Positions 1 through 9,762 of a stretch of 64,000 nt of DNA are shown here, in pieces. The stretch is from Cyclobacteriaceae bacterium (GTDB lineage Bacteria > Bacteroidota > Bacteroidia > Cytophagales > Cyclobacteriaceae), in contig JAYVBH010000009.1 of the NCBI GenBank assembly GCA_043750575.1, positions 48,664 to 112,663 on the forward strand, read 5' to 3'. Below the pieces are notes generated by a model that worked only from the letters and a program-made list of their open reading frames with translations, was not told where the DNA came from and did not search any database. Made by a program: the position numbers and the translations under genes. Each line of letters opens with the position of its first letter. Position 1 is the first letter of the stretch.

Positions 1-650
1 AGTGAGAATTTCCAGTTCTTACTTGGATCTTCAATGCGCTCCAGAAATCTTTTCTTCTGCTCCTTGTGCGAGACATGCAGAAAGAATTTCATAATGATCA
101 TTCCATTATCTGCCAGGTTCTTTTCAAATCGACGAATCTGCTTGTAACGCATCTTCCAGAAATCCTTATCCACATCTTTTGTAGACTCAACGTCAGGTAT
201 ATTTTCATTCAAGACAAATTCCGGGTGTACCTTGGTGACGAGTACATTTTCATAGTGTGACCTATTATGGATGGCGATTTCACCCCGTGCCGGCAAGGCC
301 AACTCATGGCGCCAAAGGTAGTCATGATCAAGCTCGGCCGTGTTTGGAGCCTTGAAGCTATAGACTTTAACTCCCAACGGATTAAATCCTGACATGATGT
401 GCTTGACTGCCCCATCCTTCCCGGCAGCGTCCATCGCCTGGAAAATGATCAATACAGAAAACCGGTTGTGGGCATAAAGCTTATCCTGAATTTCAGCTAA
501 ACCTTTGCGGCCCATGTCGAGCAGTGTCTCTGCATCTGCCTTAATCAAGGATTTACCTTCATACTTGGTGCTATAATCTTTAAGGGAAATATTAGTATCC
601 GGAGGTACCAATAGGTCCTTGGTGCGAATCAGTTTTTCATCGGTTAACAT
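1..650 (-). CDS. ppk2: Polyphosphate kinase 2 family protein, 3' end runs off the window
   Basis: Manual translation (not in ORF track): MLTDEKLIRTK...LIIFQAMDAAGKDGAVKHIMSGFNPLG...HDYLWRH...NRSHYENVL...KFFLHVSHKEQKKRFLER; PPK2 Walker-A-like DAAGKDG and NRSxYE motifs. Confidence 0.93.
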   Translation of the reverse strand, partial: MLTDEKLIRTKDLLVPPDTNISLKDYSTKYEGKSLIKADAETLLDMGRKGLAEIQDKLYAHNRFSVLIIFQAMDAAGKDGAVKHIMSGFNPLGVKVYSFKAPNTAELDHDYLWRHELALPARGEIAIHNRSHYENVLVTKVHPEFVLNENIPDVESTKDVDKDFWKMRYKQIRRFEKNLADNGMIIMKFFLHVSHKEQKKRFLERIEDPSKNWKFS

Positions 651-789
651 AGTGGTACGGTTTAGTTATCGTTTTATTAGTTAGCCAATGTAGCGAAATC
701 ACCAATTTTAGAGAATGATAAATGTCACCTTTTAGGTGCCCATTTTGCCTCTAAAACTGCGAATTAGGCCGATTTTGTTAAATTGCCAA

Positions 790-1266
790 ATGCAAGCGAT
801 TTCCGTCACCAAAAAAGGAATTCAAATCTCCCTCATCTTACTGATTATGGGGGCCGCACTAATGAGCTTTGGGCAGGAGGCCGATAAGGAAGCAATCAAA
901 CGCGTAGTCATGCAGGAGACGGAGTCCTATCTGGGTGTCGATCAGAATGCCTGGTTTGAGACTTGGCTGCACGTGCCGTACGCCTACTGGTCATTTTCAA
1001 ATAAGGAAGGGACGCAATTCGTTGATGGCTGGGATAAAATTCAAACTACGTTTGAAGAGTACTTCAAAACGCAAAAACCTTCGCGCTCAAAAGTGACCTA
1101 CATCTGGCAGGAAATACGCGTGTATGGCAATGGGGCCTATGTACGCTTCCGTGAGCGGGCCGACGACAATCATACTATTGAGGTGACTAATCAAATACGC
1201 GTCCTCGAAAAGAAAGAAGGAAAATGGAAGATGGTCTGCATGAGCGCTGTTGTCGAGTTACCTTAG
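790..1266 (+). CDS. Secreted NTF2-like/DUF4440-type protein
   Basis: ORF 736..1266; first ATG at 790; hydrophobic leader; EIRVYGNGAYVRF...QIRVLEKKEGKWKMV typical of NTF2-like fold. Confidence 0.65.
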   Translation: MQAISVTKKGIQISLILLIMGAALMSFGQEADKEAIKRVVMQETESYLGVDQNAWFETWLHVPYAYWSFSNKEGTQFVDGWDKIQTTFEEYFKTQKPSRSKVTYIWQEIRVYGNGAYVRFRERADDNHTIEVTNQIRVLEKKEGKWKMVCMSAVVELP

Positions 1267-1631
1267 TATTGGCCAGTCCGCAGCATGACGAGGGTACACG
1301 CTTCAATCACTGAAATCCCAGCATTCTCCAGTTCCTTTTCAAACTCAGGGTTCTCTGTGCCCGGATTAAAAATCACGCGTTTGGGCTTTAACCTTGGGAT
1401 ATACGCAATCAAGTCTTTCTGATTAGACACACCCACATATAGCGTCACTGTGTCTACGTCAGTGATGCTCGGAAAGGTTCGGATATCAATTATTTCCTTG
1501 CCGGATACAGTTCCCTTCCTTATGCCGAGTGGTACGATCTCATGTCCGCGCTCAGTAAGGAACGCTGCGGCCATGAAGGAGTAGCGGGAGGGATTGGGGG
1601 AAGCTCCGAGGATAACGGTCTTTTTAGGCAT
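1263..1631 (-). CDS. CoA-binding protein (YccU-like)
   Basis: KKTVILGASPNPSRYS, VDTVTLYV, RVIFNPGTEN, ACTLVML motifs. Confidence 0.9.
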   Translation of the reverse strand: MPKKTVILGASPNPSRYSFMAAAFLTERGHEIVPLGIRKGTVSGKEIIDIRTFPSITDVDTVTLYVGVSNQKDLIAYIPRLKPKRVIFNPGTENPEFEKELENAGISVIEACTLVMLRTGQY

Positions 1632-3198
1632 GCGCGTACTTTTTGATCACCGCTTCAGCGCATCTTTCACCGTCGATGGCTGCCGAGACAATTCCACCGG
1701 CATATCCCGCTCCTTCTCCACAAGGGAATAGCCTAGCCATCTGAGGATGCTCAAGCGTTTCGGCATCCCGCGGAATTCTTACAGGTGATGAGGTCCTGCT
1801 TTCAACACCGACCACCTGGGCCTCGTTCGTCAAATATCCCTTCATCTTTGTTCCAAAACTCCGGAAGCCCACCCGAAGCCCTTCAGAAATAAATTTTGGA
1901 AACAAAGCACCAACATCTATCGATGCAAGACCTGGCTGGTATGAGGTCTCCAGCAATGATCCGGATGATTTCTTGTCGACAAAGTCAACCAGTCGTTGCG
2001 CGGGAGCAGTTTGAGTTCCCCCCGCTTCGCGACATGCGCGCTGCTCAATCTCCATCTGGAAGTACAGCCCCCGTAACGGGCCATGCTTCGCATATCCCTC
2101 CAGGTCATTCAATCCAACTGCCACAACTATGCCGGAATTGGCGTAGCGTGAATCACGACGTGACGGGCTCATACCATTCACCACCACCTCTCCTGGAACT
2201 GTCGCTGAGGGCACAATAAATCCACCCGGGCACATGCAGAAGGAAAATACACCACGCTCTTGCCCATCCGTCTTGGACTGTGCCACCACCGAATAGGCCG
2301 AAGCTGGTAAATGAGGATTGCGATCTCCAAGGCAATGATACTGAATTGAATCAATCAACCGCTGCTCGTGCTCCACGCGAACGCCCATGGCGAAAGGCTT
2401 TGCTTCAATGAGGACATTCTTGTGCCGCAGCAATTCAAAGATATCCCGCGCCGAGTGACCTGTTGCTAAAATGCATGCCTCACCTTCAATCCGCTCCCCC
2501 TGCGCCGTCTGAACAGCCTGGAATTCATTTTCCGAAAAATGAATATCTGATATATGTGTGTCAAATCGAATTTCACCACCACATTGAAGAATCGTCTCAC
2601 GTATCTCCTGTATCAACTGTGGCAATTTGTTTGTCCCGATATGCGGGTGTGCATCGTAGAGAATCTCTGGCTTGGCCCCATGCGCGACCATGATTTCCAG
2701 GATTCGCTTGACATTGCCACGCTTCGTAGACCTTGTGTAGAGCTTCCCATCCGAATAGGTACCTGCTCCTCCTTCACCAAAGCAGTAGTTTGAATGTGGA
2801 TTAACCACGTGATCCTTGTTGATGGCGGCAATGTCCCGGCGGCGTGCCTGCACATCTTTGCCACGCTCCAGAATAATTGGTTTTATCCCACTGTCGAGGA
2901 GCCGCAGCGCAGCAAACAATCCTGCAGGGCCAGCACCAACTATGACTACCCGCTTGCATTTGGAAACATCTGCCTGAGGTTTCTGATAAGTGATCTTCCG
3001 AGCGGCCTCATCCCTGGAGACAACCTCACCGGCAATGCGGACCACAATATTCCGGCTGCGTGCGTCAATCGATCGCTTGAGGATCCGGAATCCCTGTTCA
3101 GCAGAAATATGAATCTGTTCGGAAACACACGCCGAGAACAAAGCGTCATCAAACGCTTCTTCCGGGGTTAAAACAAGTTCAAAAGATTTGTTGTTCAT
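1624..3198 (-). CDS. FAD-dependent oxidoreductase (uncharacterised dehydrogenase family)
   Basis: VGAGPAGLFAA dinucleotide fold, FGEGGAGTYSDGKL, FCMCPGG, GEGAGYAGGIVSAAIDG; likely start ATG 3198. Confidence 0.9.
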   Translation of the reverse strand: MNNKSFELVLTPEEAFDDALFSACVSEQIHISAEQGFRILKRSIDARSRNIVVRIAGEVVSRDEAARKITYQKPQADVSKCKRVVIVGAGPAGLFAALRLLDSGIKPIILERGKDVQARRRDIAAINKDHVVNPHSNYCFGEGGAGTYSDGKLYTRSTKRGNVKRILEIMVAHGAKPEILYDAHPHIGTNKLPQLIQEIRETILQCGGEIRFDTHISDIHFSENEFQAVQTAQGERIEGEACILATGHSARDIFELLRHKNVLIEAKPFAMGVRVEHEQRLIDSIQYHCLGDRNPHLPASAYSVVAQSKTDGQERGVFSFCMCPGGFIVPSATVPGEVVVNGMSPSRRDSRYANSGIVVAVGLNDLEGYAKHGPLRGLYFQMEIEQRACREAGGTQTAPAQRLVDFVDKKSSGSLLETSYQPGLASIDVGALFPKFISEGLRVGFRSFGTKMKGYLTNEAQVVGVESRTSSPVRIPRDAETLEHPQMARLFPCGEGAGYAGGIVSAAIDGERCAEAVIKKYAHA

Positions 3199-3244
3199 GA
3201 AAGGTAGTTTACCTCTAAATGACAAAACAAGGCGATATTGTCAA

Positions 3245-5065
3245 TCACCTTCGTCCATCAAAAGAAAAGGAGAAGCCAAAGTTAAGGACAAACCGAAAGC
3301 TATGGGAGAAGTTGTCTTGGCTCTGGGATTCGAAATATTGCTCCACGGCGGGATCAACATCAAACACGCGATAGCCCAAGTCGTAACCGATACTGGCATC
3401 GATCGTAAACCCATCGCCATTGTTCCTTTGCATCAAACGGGAACCCAGCATAATGCCGTACTCGGCCCGCTGCTCAGAGGCACTAACGGTAATGAGTTGG
3501 TTGGGTGATTGTGGAAAATTGACATTATTGAAGTAGCTGATGTTGGTGAGCCTTACCTCGTGTCCAAAATACCACATGCCCATGCTCAGCTCATTGTAGA
3601 ACTTCTGCTTAAGCGCAATAGAATAGCCACGTTGGTAGGTCGTACCTTCAGGAACCTCCGAGTCAGCAGTATAAAATGGAGATCGGATGGCTTCAAACTC
3701 AAACTCATGTCCCAAGCGCTCCTGGTTATAGAACTCGACCGCCAAGGGCAACCGGCCTACAAAAGACAGCATCGGGTTGGTACCGATAATGACGCTATGG
3801 TATTCGGGGTATCGCGGCTGGAAATAATAGAACCCACTGCGTCTGGCATTGCGGGCGGGTGTTGCAGGCGCGGCTGCCGCCCGGCTCTTGCTGATTAACG
3901 AATTGATTTCGTTTGCCAACTCGTTGTTCTCATAAAATGGCTTGTAATATCCTGACAAGGAACCATCAGGCTCATACAGTTCCCATGTACCCACGCGCAA
4001 TCCTTCTTCCATCTGGCCTTTCGTTTGAAGTGTACCCGTAGGATAGTATCCTTTGTAGAGGCCATTTCCTCCCTTGAATTCACATTCTCCTTCCAGCTTG
4101 CCGTCAATCGAAAAGTATTCCCATCGACCTTCATTCAAGCCATTAACAATCTGGCCCTTCGTCTTCAGTTTCTTTCCAGGGTAATATTCGCGGTACTCTC
4201 CCGCTTTGTTCGTGAATGTAATCTCGCTTTTTAGCGATCCATCAGGATTGGTGGCACTCCAGTATCCCTGTTTCTCGCCACCGGCAAACTCACCAGTGGA
4301 ACTTACGGTCCCATCCTCAAAATAGTACGACCACTTTCCTGTCTCTTCATCGGACTCATAACTACCCACAGACCGGATCTTGCCTGATGGAAAGTAATTC
4401 TTCCATTCACCAGATTTCTTTCCATTCGCATATTCACCTTCACTTTCCAGCGTACCATCTTCTGCAAAATATCGCCAAAGGCCAACGTTCTTAGATCCGG
4501 CCTTGGGGCCTTCGGCCTGAACTTTTCCCGAATGAAAATATTCTGTATGCCTGCCATGGTCATCGACATACTGCGCTTCACCCCGCTTGGAGCCGTCTTC
4601 AAAATAACTGATCCATAATCCTTCGCGTTTATTCTCCGCATAGGCACCCAGTTCCTTAAGCTTTCCGCTCTCATAGTATATTTTCCATTCCCCTTCCCTG
4701 TTCTTGCCGTTGACAAGGCCTTCCATGCTTTTCAATCCATTCTCATAAAAGTATTCCCACATTCCATAGTTAGAGTTCTGTCGAAGGATACCCCGCATTC
4801 TCAGGTTCCCTGTTTCAAAATAGAATTCCCACACTCCTGCCGTTTCATTGTTAACAAACTGTCCTTTTGATTCAATAGAGCCATTCAGGAAATACGAAAT
4901 GTACCGGCCCTGTAGCACGTTCTGAAATGTATCCTTCACCTGGTATACTTCCTTCACATTCTTTTTTGCAGCATCGTAATATGAAAAACGCGTAATGCCC
5001 TGACCCGCACAAAGCCAGGGAATGCCCATAATCGCCACCAAAGCAAGAATTCTGCTCATGCTCAT
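3245..5065 (-). CDS. Exported MORN-variant (YwqK-like) repeat protein with C-terminal beta-barrel-like region
   Basis: Signal peptide, many G.W..Y...G.L...G.Y repeats, C-terminal alternating aromatic strands ending FNFGFSFSFDGRR. Confidence 0.8.
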   Translation of the reverse strand: MSMSRILALVAIMGIPWLCAGQGITRFSYYDAAKKNVKEVYQVKDTFQNVLQGRYISYFLNGSIESKGQFVNNETAGVWEFYFETGNLRMRGILRQNSNYGMWEYFYENGLKSMEGLVNGKNREGEWKIYYESGKLKELGAYAENKREGLWISYFEDGSKRGEAQYVDDHGRHTEYFHSGKVQAEGPKAGSKNVGLWRYFAEDGTLESEGEYANGKKSGEWKNYFPSGKIRSVGSYESDEETGKWSYYFEDGTVSSTGEFAGGEKQGYWSATNPDGSLKSEITFTNKAGEYREYYPGKKLKTKGQIVNGLNEGRWEYFSIDGKLEGECEFKGGNGLYKGYYPTGTLQTKGQMEEGLRVGTWELYEPDGSLSGYYKPFYENNELANEINSLISKSRAAAAPATPARNARRSGFYYFQPRYPEYHSVIIGTNPMLSFVGRLPLAVEFYNQERLGHEFEFEAIRSPFYTADSEVPEGTTYQRGYSIALKQKFYNELSMGMWYFGHEVRLTNISYFNNVNFPQSPNQLITVSASEQRAEYGIMLGSRLMQRNNGDGFTIDASIGYDLGYRVFDVDPAVEQYFESQSQDNFSHSFRFVLNFGFSFSFDGRR

Positions 5066-5078
5066 CAATTGTGAATAC

Positions 5079-5086
5079 CAAATTTA
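5079..5086 (-). promoter_or_regulatory. Bacteroidota sigma-A -7 element TAAATTTG
   Basis: Exact TAnnTTTG match just upstream of the MORN-repeat gene. Confidence 0.6.
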
Positions 5087-5105
5087 ACGAATAATCGGCA
5101 ACCGC

Positions 5106-6056
5106 TCAGGGTTGCTGCAAAGCCTTCTCAATGGCAGGCTTCCCCCACTCCTCTTTCTCCTGGTCGCTCCACAATTCAGGGAAAAAAATAATCTTCTGAA
5201 ACCGTGGTGGGAGATACTTCTGCCAGTTCGTACCACCTGTTGCTTTAATGTCCTCCGGGCTTTTGTGCAAATATCGTCCGGCAGATTTCATGTGCGACAG
5301 CGGCCAAAAGACATTGGCCAGCAAATCAAACTCCCGGAGCACTTTGATGACAGCCGGCTTCCGGTCAAACTTGTTCTTGTAGATCCTCAACAGATTTTTG
5401 TCTGCATGCTCCTTCCCTGTAATCAGAAAATCCGCCATGTACTTGTTCTCAAATTGCTGAAGTGTAAGCGTCTTTTTACCCGACGCCAACTCGGTTGCTC
5501 CACTACGCCAGTATAACTTTTCCAATTGCTGCTCAACCGAACCCGCTGTCAGGGTTGGACGATTCACCGGATCTACCAGGTTGATCATGTCCGTTGATCG
5601 GATTTCAATCAACCTGTATTGTGCTGACTGAAAACCACTGGCTGGCAATAGTGACATTCTGAACATAAGAAACTGCTCCCGCTCCATGCCATCAGACATG
5701 ATATCGAAGCTGCTGCACAGGTTTTCAAAGTAACGTACCATCCGGGTAAGCCGGGCAACAAAAAACTTCTCATCCAGATCGGTTTTGTTGACAACCTGTT
5801 CGATTTCCCAGAGGACGAGGTTAAAATAGAGTTCGGTAATCTGGTGGTAGGCGATAAACACCTTCTCGTCGGGGAACTGGGTTTTGGGATTCTGCAAGCT
5901 CAGCAGCGTGTCCAGGTGGATGTAGTCCCAATAGGTCAGATAGTCTGCGTTGAGTAGCCCATCGAGATAGGACGTCAGGTCCTGGCCCATGACCTCGTAT
6001 TTTTGCTTCAGCTTGGCAAGCAAATCGCCAAGGGCTGGATCGACGGAAGTATCCAT
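5106..6056 (-). CDS. kynA: Tryptophan 2,3-dioxygenase family protein
   Basis: YWDYIHLDTLLSLQ, DEKVFIAYHQITELYF, PASGFQSAQYR, TGGT motifs. Confidence 0.9.
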   Translation of the reverse strand: MDTSVDPALGDLLAKLKQKYEVMGQDLTSYLDGLLNADYLTYWDYIHLDTLLSLQNPKTQFPDEKVFIAYHQITELYFNLVLWEIEQVVNKTDLDEKFFVARLTRMVRYFENLCSSFDIMSDGMEREQFLMFRMSLLPASGFQSAQYRLIEIRSTDMINLVDPVNRPTLTAGSVEQQLEKLYWRSGATELASGKKTLTLQQFENKYMADFLITGKEHADKNLLRIYKNKFDRKPAVIKVLREFDLLANVFWPLSHMKSAGRYLHKSPEDIKATGGTNWQKYLPPRFQKIIFFPELWSDQEKEEWGKPAIEKALQQP

Positions 6057-6065
6057 TCTTATCAC

Positions 6066-6084
6066 TAAATTTGAAGCAAATTAA
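6066..6084. promoter_or_regulatory. Overlapping divergent -7 promoter elements for gcdH (+) and kynA (-)
   Basis: TAAATTTG on + at 6066-6073; TTAATTTG (1 mismatch) on - at 6077-6084. Confidence 0.55.
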
Positions 6085-6093
6085 TCAAAATGT

Positions 6094-7314
6094 ATGGCAA
6101 CCGTATCAGCCTCCTCTACAACCGCAAAGAAGTCCCTCAAACAAGATGTTTATGAGCAGCCTGACTTCTACCAGATCGACAGTTTGCTAACTGAAGAGCA
6201 TAAGCTAATCCGGTCTTCCATCCGTGATTTTGTCAAGCGTGAAATCAGTCCCTACATAGAAGATTGGGCGCAACGAGCGCATTTCCCTTACGAAATGGTA
6301 AAGAAGTTTGGCGATATCGGTGCTTTCGGTCCTACCATTCCTCAGGAATACGGTGGCGGCGGTTTGGACTACATCTCATACGGCATACTGATGCAGGAAA
6401 TTGAACGCGGCGATTCGGGCATGAGGTCAACGGCCTCCGTCCAGGGATCGCTGGTGATGTACCCGATTTACAAATTTGGATCTGAAGTGCAGCGAAAAAA
6501 ATATCTACCCAAACTCGCATCCGGCGAATGGCTTGGATGCTTTGGTTTGACTGAACCGGACCACGGCTCGAACCCTAGCGGAATGGTCACCCATTTCAAA
6601 GACATGGGCGATCATTATCTATTGAACGGCGCGAAGATGTGGATCTCCAATTCACCTAAAGCAGATGTCGCTGTAGTTTGGGCCAAGAATGAAGCAGGCA
6701 GAATCCACGGACTAATTGTTGAGCGCGGCATGCCCGGATTCTCTACTCCAGAAACGCACGGCAAGTGGTCACTCCGTGCCAGCGCCACAGGCGAATTGGT
6801 ATTCGATAACGTGAAAGTTCCCAAAGAAAATCTACTGCCCAACAAGAGTGGACTTGGTGCGCCGATGATGTGCCTTGATTCTGCGCGGTACGGTATAGCC
6901 TGGGGTGCGCTAGGCGCCGCCATGGATTGCTACGAGTCGGCGAGAAGGTATGCAGCCGAACGTATCCAGTTTGGGAAACCCATTGGATCGTTTCAGCTTA
7001 TGCAGAAGAAACTTTCCGAAATGCTCACCGAAATCACCAAGGCCCAGTTGCTCAACTGGAGATTGGGTACACTCATGAATGAAGGCAAGGCCACAACACC
7101 GATGATCTCCCTCGCAAAACGCAATAATGTTCATATCGCCTTGCAGATTGCCCGCGAAGCACGACAGATGCATGGAGGCATGGGCATCACCGGAGAGTAC
7201 TCCATCATGCGGCATATGATGAATCTGGAATCTGTGGTCACCTACGAGGGTACGCATGACATTCACCTGCTCATTTTAGGTAACGAGATTACCGGAATTC
7301 CTGCTTTTTCCTGA
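6094..7314 (+). CDS. gcdH: Glutaryl-CoA dehydrogenase-like acyl-CoA dehydrogenase
   Basis: GCFGLTEPDHGSNP, LNGAKMWISN, SLRASATGEL, YEGTHDIH. Confidence 0.88.
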   Translation: MATVSASSTTAKKSLKQDVYEQPDFYQIDSLLTEEHKLIRSSIRDFVKREISPYIEDWAQRAHFPYEMVKKFGDIGAFGPTIPQEYGGGGLDYISYGILMQEIERGDSGMRSTASVQGSLVMYPIYKFGSEVQRKKYLPKLASGEWLGCFGLTEPDHGSNPSGMVTHFKDMGDHYLLNGAKMWISNSPKADVAVVWAKNEAGRIHGLIVERGMPGFSTPETHGKWSLRASATGELVFDNVKVPKENLLPNKSGLGAPMMCLDSARYGIAWGALGAAMDCYESARRYAAERIQFGKPIGSFQLMQKKLSEMLTEITKAQLLNWRLGTLMNEGKATTPMISLAKRNNVHIALQIAREARQMHGGMGITGEYSIMRHMMNLESVVTYEGTHDIHLLILGNEITGIPAFS

Positions 7315-8060
7315 TGCGCTGGAGAATCCTTTCATGGCTTTCTCTTGGGCTGGTCCTGCTTAACTGCGAGAAGAAGGGAGCAGAACCTGTTTACAGCAAT
7401 GTTCCGTTCATTGACTCGCCAGTTTTGGAATTCATCGAACGGCTGGAGCCTGCCAATCCTGACACACTCAAACTATCGTTTACTTTTACAGATGGTGATT
7501 TTGATCTGGGCTTTGACGTTGATTTCGAGACAAACAGACTGCTATACTTTTCAAAATCTACTGGGTTGCCAACCGACCCTTATACAGCCGACGACCTGAT
7601 TACATATAAGGACAGGGCACTGCTCGATTCCCTCCCAGCCTATGAGCATCCTTACCATTGCACCAACTGGTCAATTGACTATCTGCCCGGCACCGCAACC
7701 CTTGATACACTGTACTACCAGGTAAATCCGAATCACTTCAATATGTATGTTCGCTACTACTACCTTGAAAATGACGTATGGAAGGAGTTTAATTGGCTCA
7801 CCGATGTGATTGAATTTCCCCACTGCGGAATCACCTTTTCTGGAAGGTTCCCGCCAATAATTGGAGCTGGAAGAATGTTGGCCGGACCCTTCGATATCCA
7901 ATCCAACGGTAAGAACGCAGGCCTTATCCAATACAACATGCTAAGCATGGGATTCAAAGAACTTTTCGGAAGAAAAAAGATAAAGGTAAGCGTGCAAATT
8001 CAGGATAGAGCCTTTAACAAAAGTAACTTGATAGAGACGCCTGAGATTGAATTGCTGTAG
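7314..8060 (+). CDS. Hypothetical lipoprotein
   Basis: Lipobox LVLLNC; FTFTDGDFDLG motif; ATG overlaps gcdH stop. Confidence 0.75.
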   Translation: MRWRILSWLSLGLVLLNCEKKGAEPVYSNVPFIDSPVLEFIERLEPANPDTLKLSFTFTDGDFDLGFDVDFETNRLLYFSKSTGLPTDPYTADDLITYKDRALLDSLPAYEHPYHCTNWSIDYLPGTATLDTLYYQVNPNHFNMYVRYYYLENDVWKEFNWLTDVIEFPHCGITFSGRFPPIIGAGRMLAGPFDIQSNGKNAGLIQYNMLSMGFKELFGRKKIKVSVQIQDRAFNKSNLIETPEIELL

Positions 8061-8066
8061 AGGAAG

Positions 8067-8099
8067 TTTCTGAGTGGCCAGGTGCCGGAGTGCCAGGTG
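8067..8099. repeat. Short GCCAGGT/GCCGGAGT periodic repeat between convergent genes
   Basis: gagtggccaggtgccggagtgccaggtg. Confidence 0.4.
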
Positions 8100-8100
8100 A

Positions 8101-9516
8101 CTACTTTGATGACAATTTATCTGCTATTTCGTCTGGTGTTTTGAGATAGGTCCGGGATTTGCGCTTCTCCATGTTTACCAGCTGTGGCGCTCCAAATTTT
8201 GCCGGATCACCTTTGAATATAATCCGCCATATCTTTCCCTTCTTTGATTCAGATATATATAGTGATCCATCGGGTCCTTCCGATAATCCCATCGGCCTGT
8301 GCCTTGCATCTGCCATATAGGTAATCGTATCTACCCCTGCGAAACCATCGGCAAATACTTCCCACTTATCCACGGGCTTCCCATTTTCAAAAGGGATGAA
8401 CGCGACAATGTATCCGGCTTGTGGATAGGGTGCCCGATTGGTTGATCCGTGAAATGCAATAAATGCCCCACTCCTATAGCGTGCAGGAAATTGATTGCCT
8501 TTGTAGAACAATAAGTCGTTCGGTGCCCAGTGTGCTGGTAAGCCCATGATTGGATTTGCAAATTCCTTCGCTTCCCGGATACCATCTCCACCATATTCCG
8601 GTGCCACCATTTTCTTATGCTTGAATGGATCGTAGTAACTGTAAGGCCAGCCATAGTCTTCGCCCTCCTTGATGTTTACAAACTCCTCGGCAGGCAAAAC
8701 AGCGTTATCCCAAGGACTATAATATTGAGGGGCGTGGCCGTATAAGTAGTCCCGACCATGCTGAACCGCATATAAACTATTGTCCTCATAATTCCAGGAA
8801 ATGGCGACCACGCTTCTCAGCCCGGTGGCATATCGACGGCCATCCAATTGCGTTTGCTGTAATCGGTTCGCATCGAATCTCCAGATGCCGCCCTGGTCAA
8901 TCAGCTGAGAACAGGGATATTCACCCTTAACATTCTTGGTTGAATCACCATTCACCGAATCCCAATTCTCACAGACATTTGTCGGTGCGCTAAACGTGAC
9001 ATACATCCCATCGTCATTGTCAAAAGCCAGGGACTTGGCATTGTGCCACTGTAGCGGGTGCTGGTCCACAAATATTACCTCTGCCTTCTCTTCCGGAATC
9101 AATTTGCCTGGCGACAACTTTTGTCTGTACACCACCTGCTCCGAACTGAAATACAGATATCCGTTATGGATACGCATTTCCGTTCCAAAGCTTCCATCAT
9201 TGGGATAATCCCCAAAGCGTTGAAAAATATCTGCCCTGCCGTCCTGGTTCGTATCGCGCAATGCCATATTCCCCGCGATCCGATCAAAGAGATTTCCGGT
9301 CGTGATGCGCAACTTCACATAAATGTCACCATTATCATTCACGGCTATGTGCCGCGAAGGGCCAACGCTATCGGCTACTACCAGCGCGCCAAACCCACCG
9401 GGTAAGAACAGGCCACCATTATCCGGGTCCGCCCTGGGAATACCAACAGTCTCCTTGCTCTTGCACGCTGACAGGAGAACCAGGAAAATCAGTATAGAGA
9501 TAGGAGGATTGCCCAT
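8101..9516 (-). CDS. Sorbosone/glucose dehydrogenase-family (PQQ-dependent sugar dehydrogenase) lipoprotein
   Basis: Lipobox VLLSAC; YATGLRSVVAI, HGRD, YGWPY, AHWAPNDL, HGSTNRAP, RPMGLSEGPDGSLYISES; likely start ATG 9516. Confidence 0.85.
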   Translation of the reverse strand: MGNPPISILIFLVLLSACKSKETVGIPRADPDNGGLFLPGGFGALVVADSVGPSRHIAVNDNGDIYVKLRITTGNLFDRIAGNMALRDTNQDGRADIFQRFGDYPNDGSFGTEMRIHNGYLYFSSEQVVYRQKLSPGKLIPEEKAEVIFVDQHPLQWHNAKSLAFDNDDGMYVTFSAPTNVCENWDSVNGDSTKNVKGEYPCSQLIDQGGIWRFDANRLQQTQLDGRRYATGLRSVVAISWNYEDNSLYAVQHGRDYLYGHAPQYYSPWDNAVLPAEEFVNIKEGEDYGWPYSYYDPFKHKKMVAPEYGGDGIREAKEFANPIMGLPAHWAPNDLLFYKGNQFPARYRSGAFIAFHGSTNRAPYPQAGYIVAFIPFENGKPVDKWEVFADGFAGVDTITYMADARHRPMGLSEGPDGSLYISESKKGKIWRIIFKGDPAKFGAPQLVNMEKRKSRTYLKTPDEIADKLSSK

Positions 9517-9617
9517 TGACTTCGCTATTGAATATACCTTACCAAGGCTTCGAAGGTACAAATACAATTATTTATTATAGATATTCTGTCGCCTGACTGA
9601 ACCCCGCTCGGGCGGTG

Positions 9618-9714
9618 GTCGATGGTCCATAGTCCATAGCAGGGGCTCCAATGGACTAAAGGGACGTACTTTTTATCGGCCATCGAGATGGACCATAGAC
9701 TATGTACTATCAAC
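9618..9714. repeat. Inverted heptamer-array cassette (GTCCATA family), gene-less
   Basis: Left gtcgatg-gtccata-gtccata-g; reverse complement of right arm gttgata-gtacata-gtctatg-gtccat; a GC-rich imperfect hairpin precedes it (~9590-9615). Confidence 0.7.
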
Positions 9715-9762
9715 TCCCCATCCGTATCTTCACGGCTTCAACGACAGCACACTCATCTTGAT

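Noticed and set aside
3245-5065. YwqK toxin-antitoxin pair
   Set aside because: It is a large exported protein with no adjacent toxin; the label would reflect only the repeat type.
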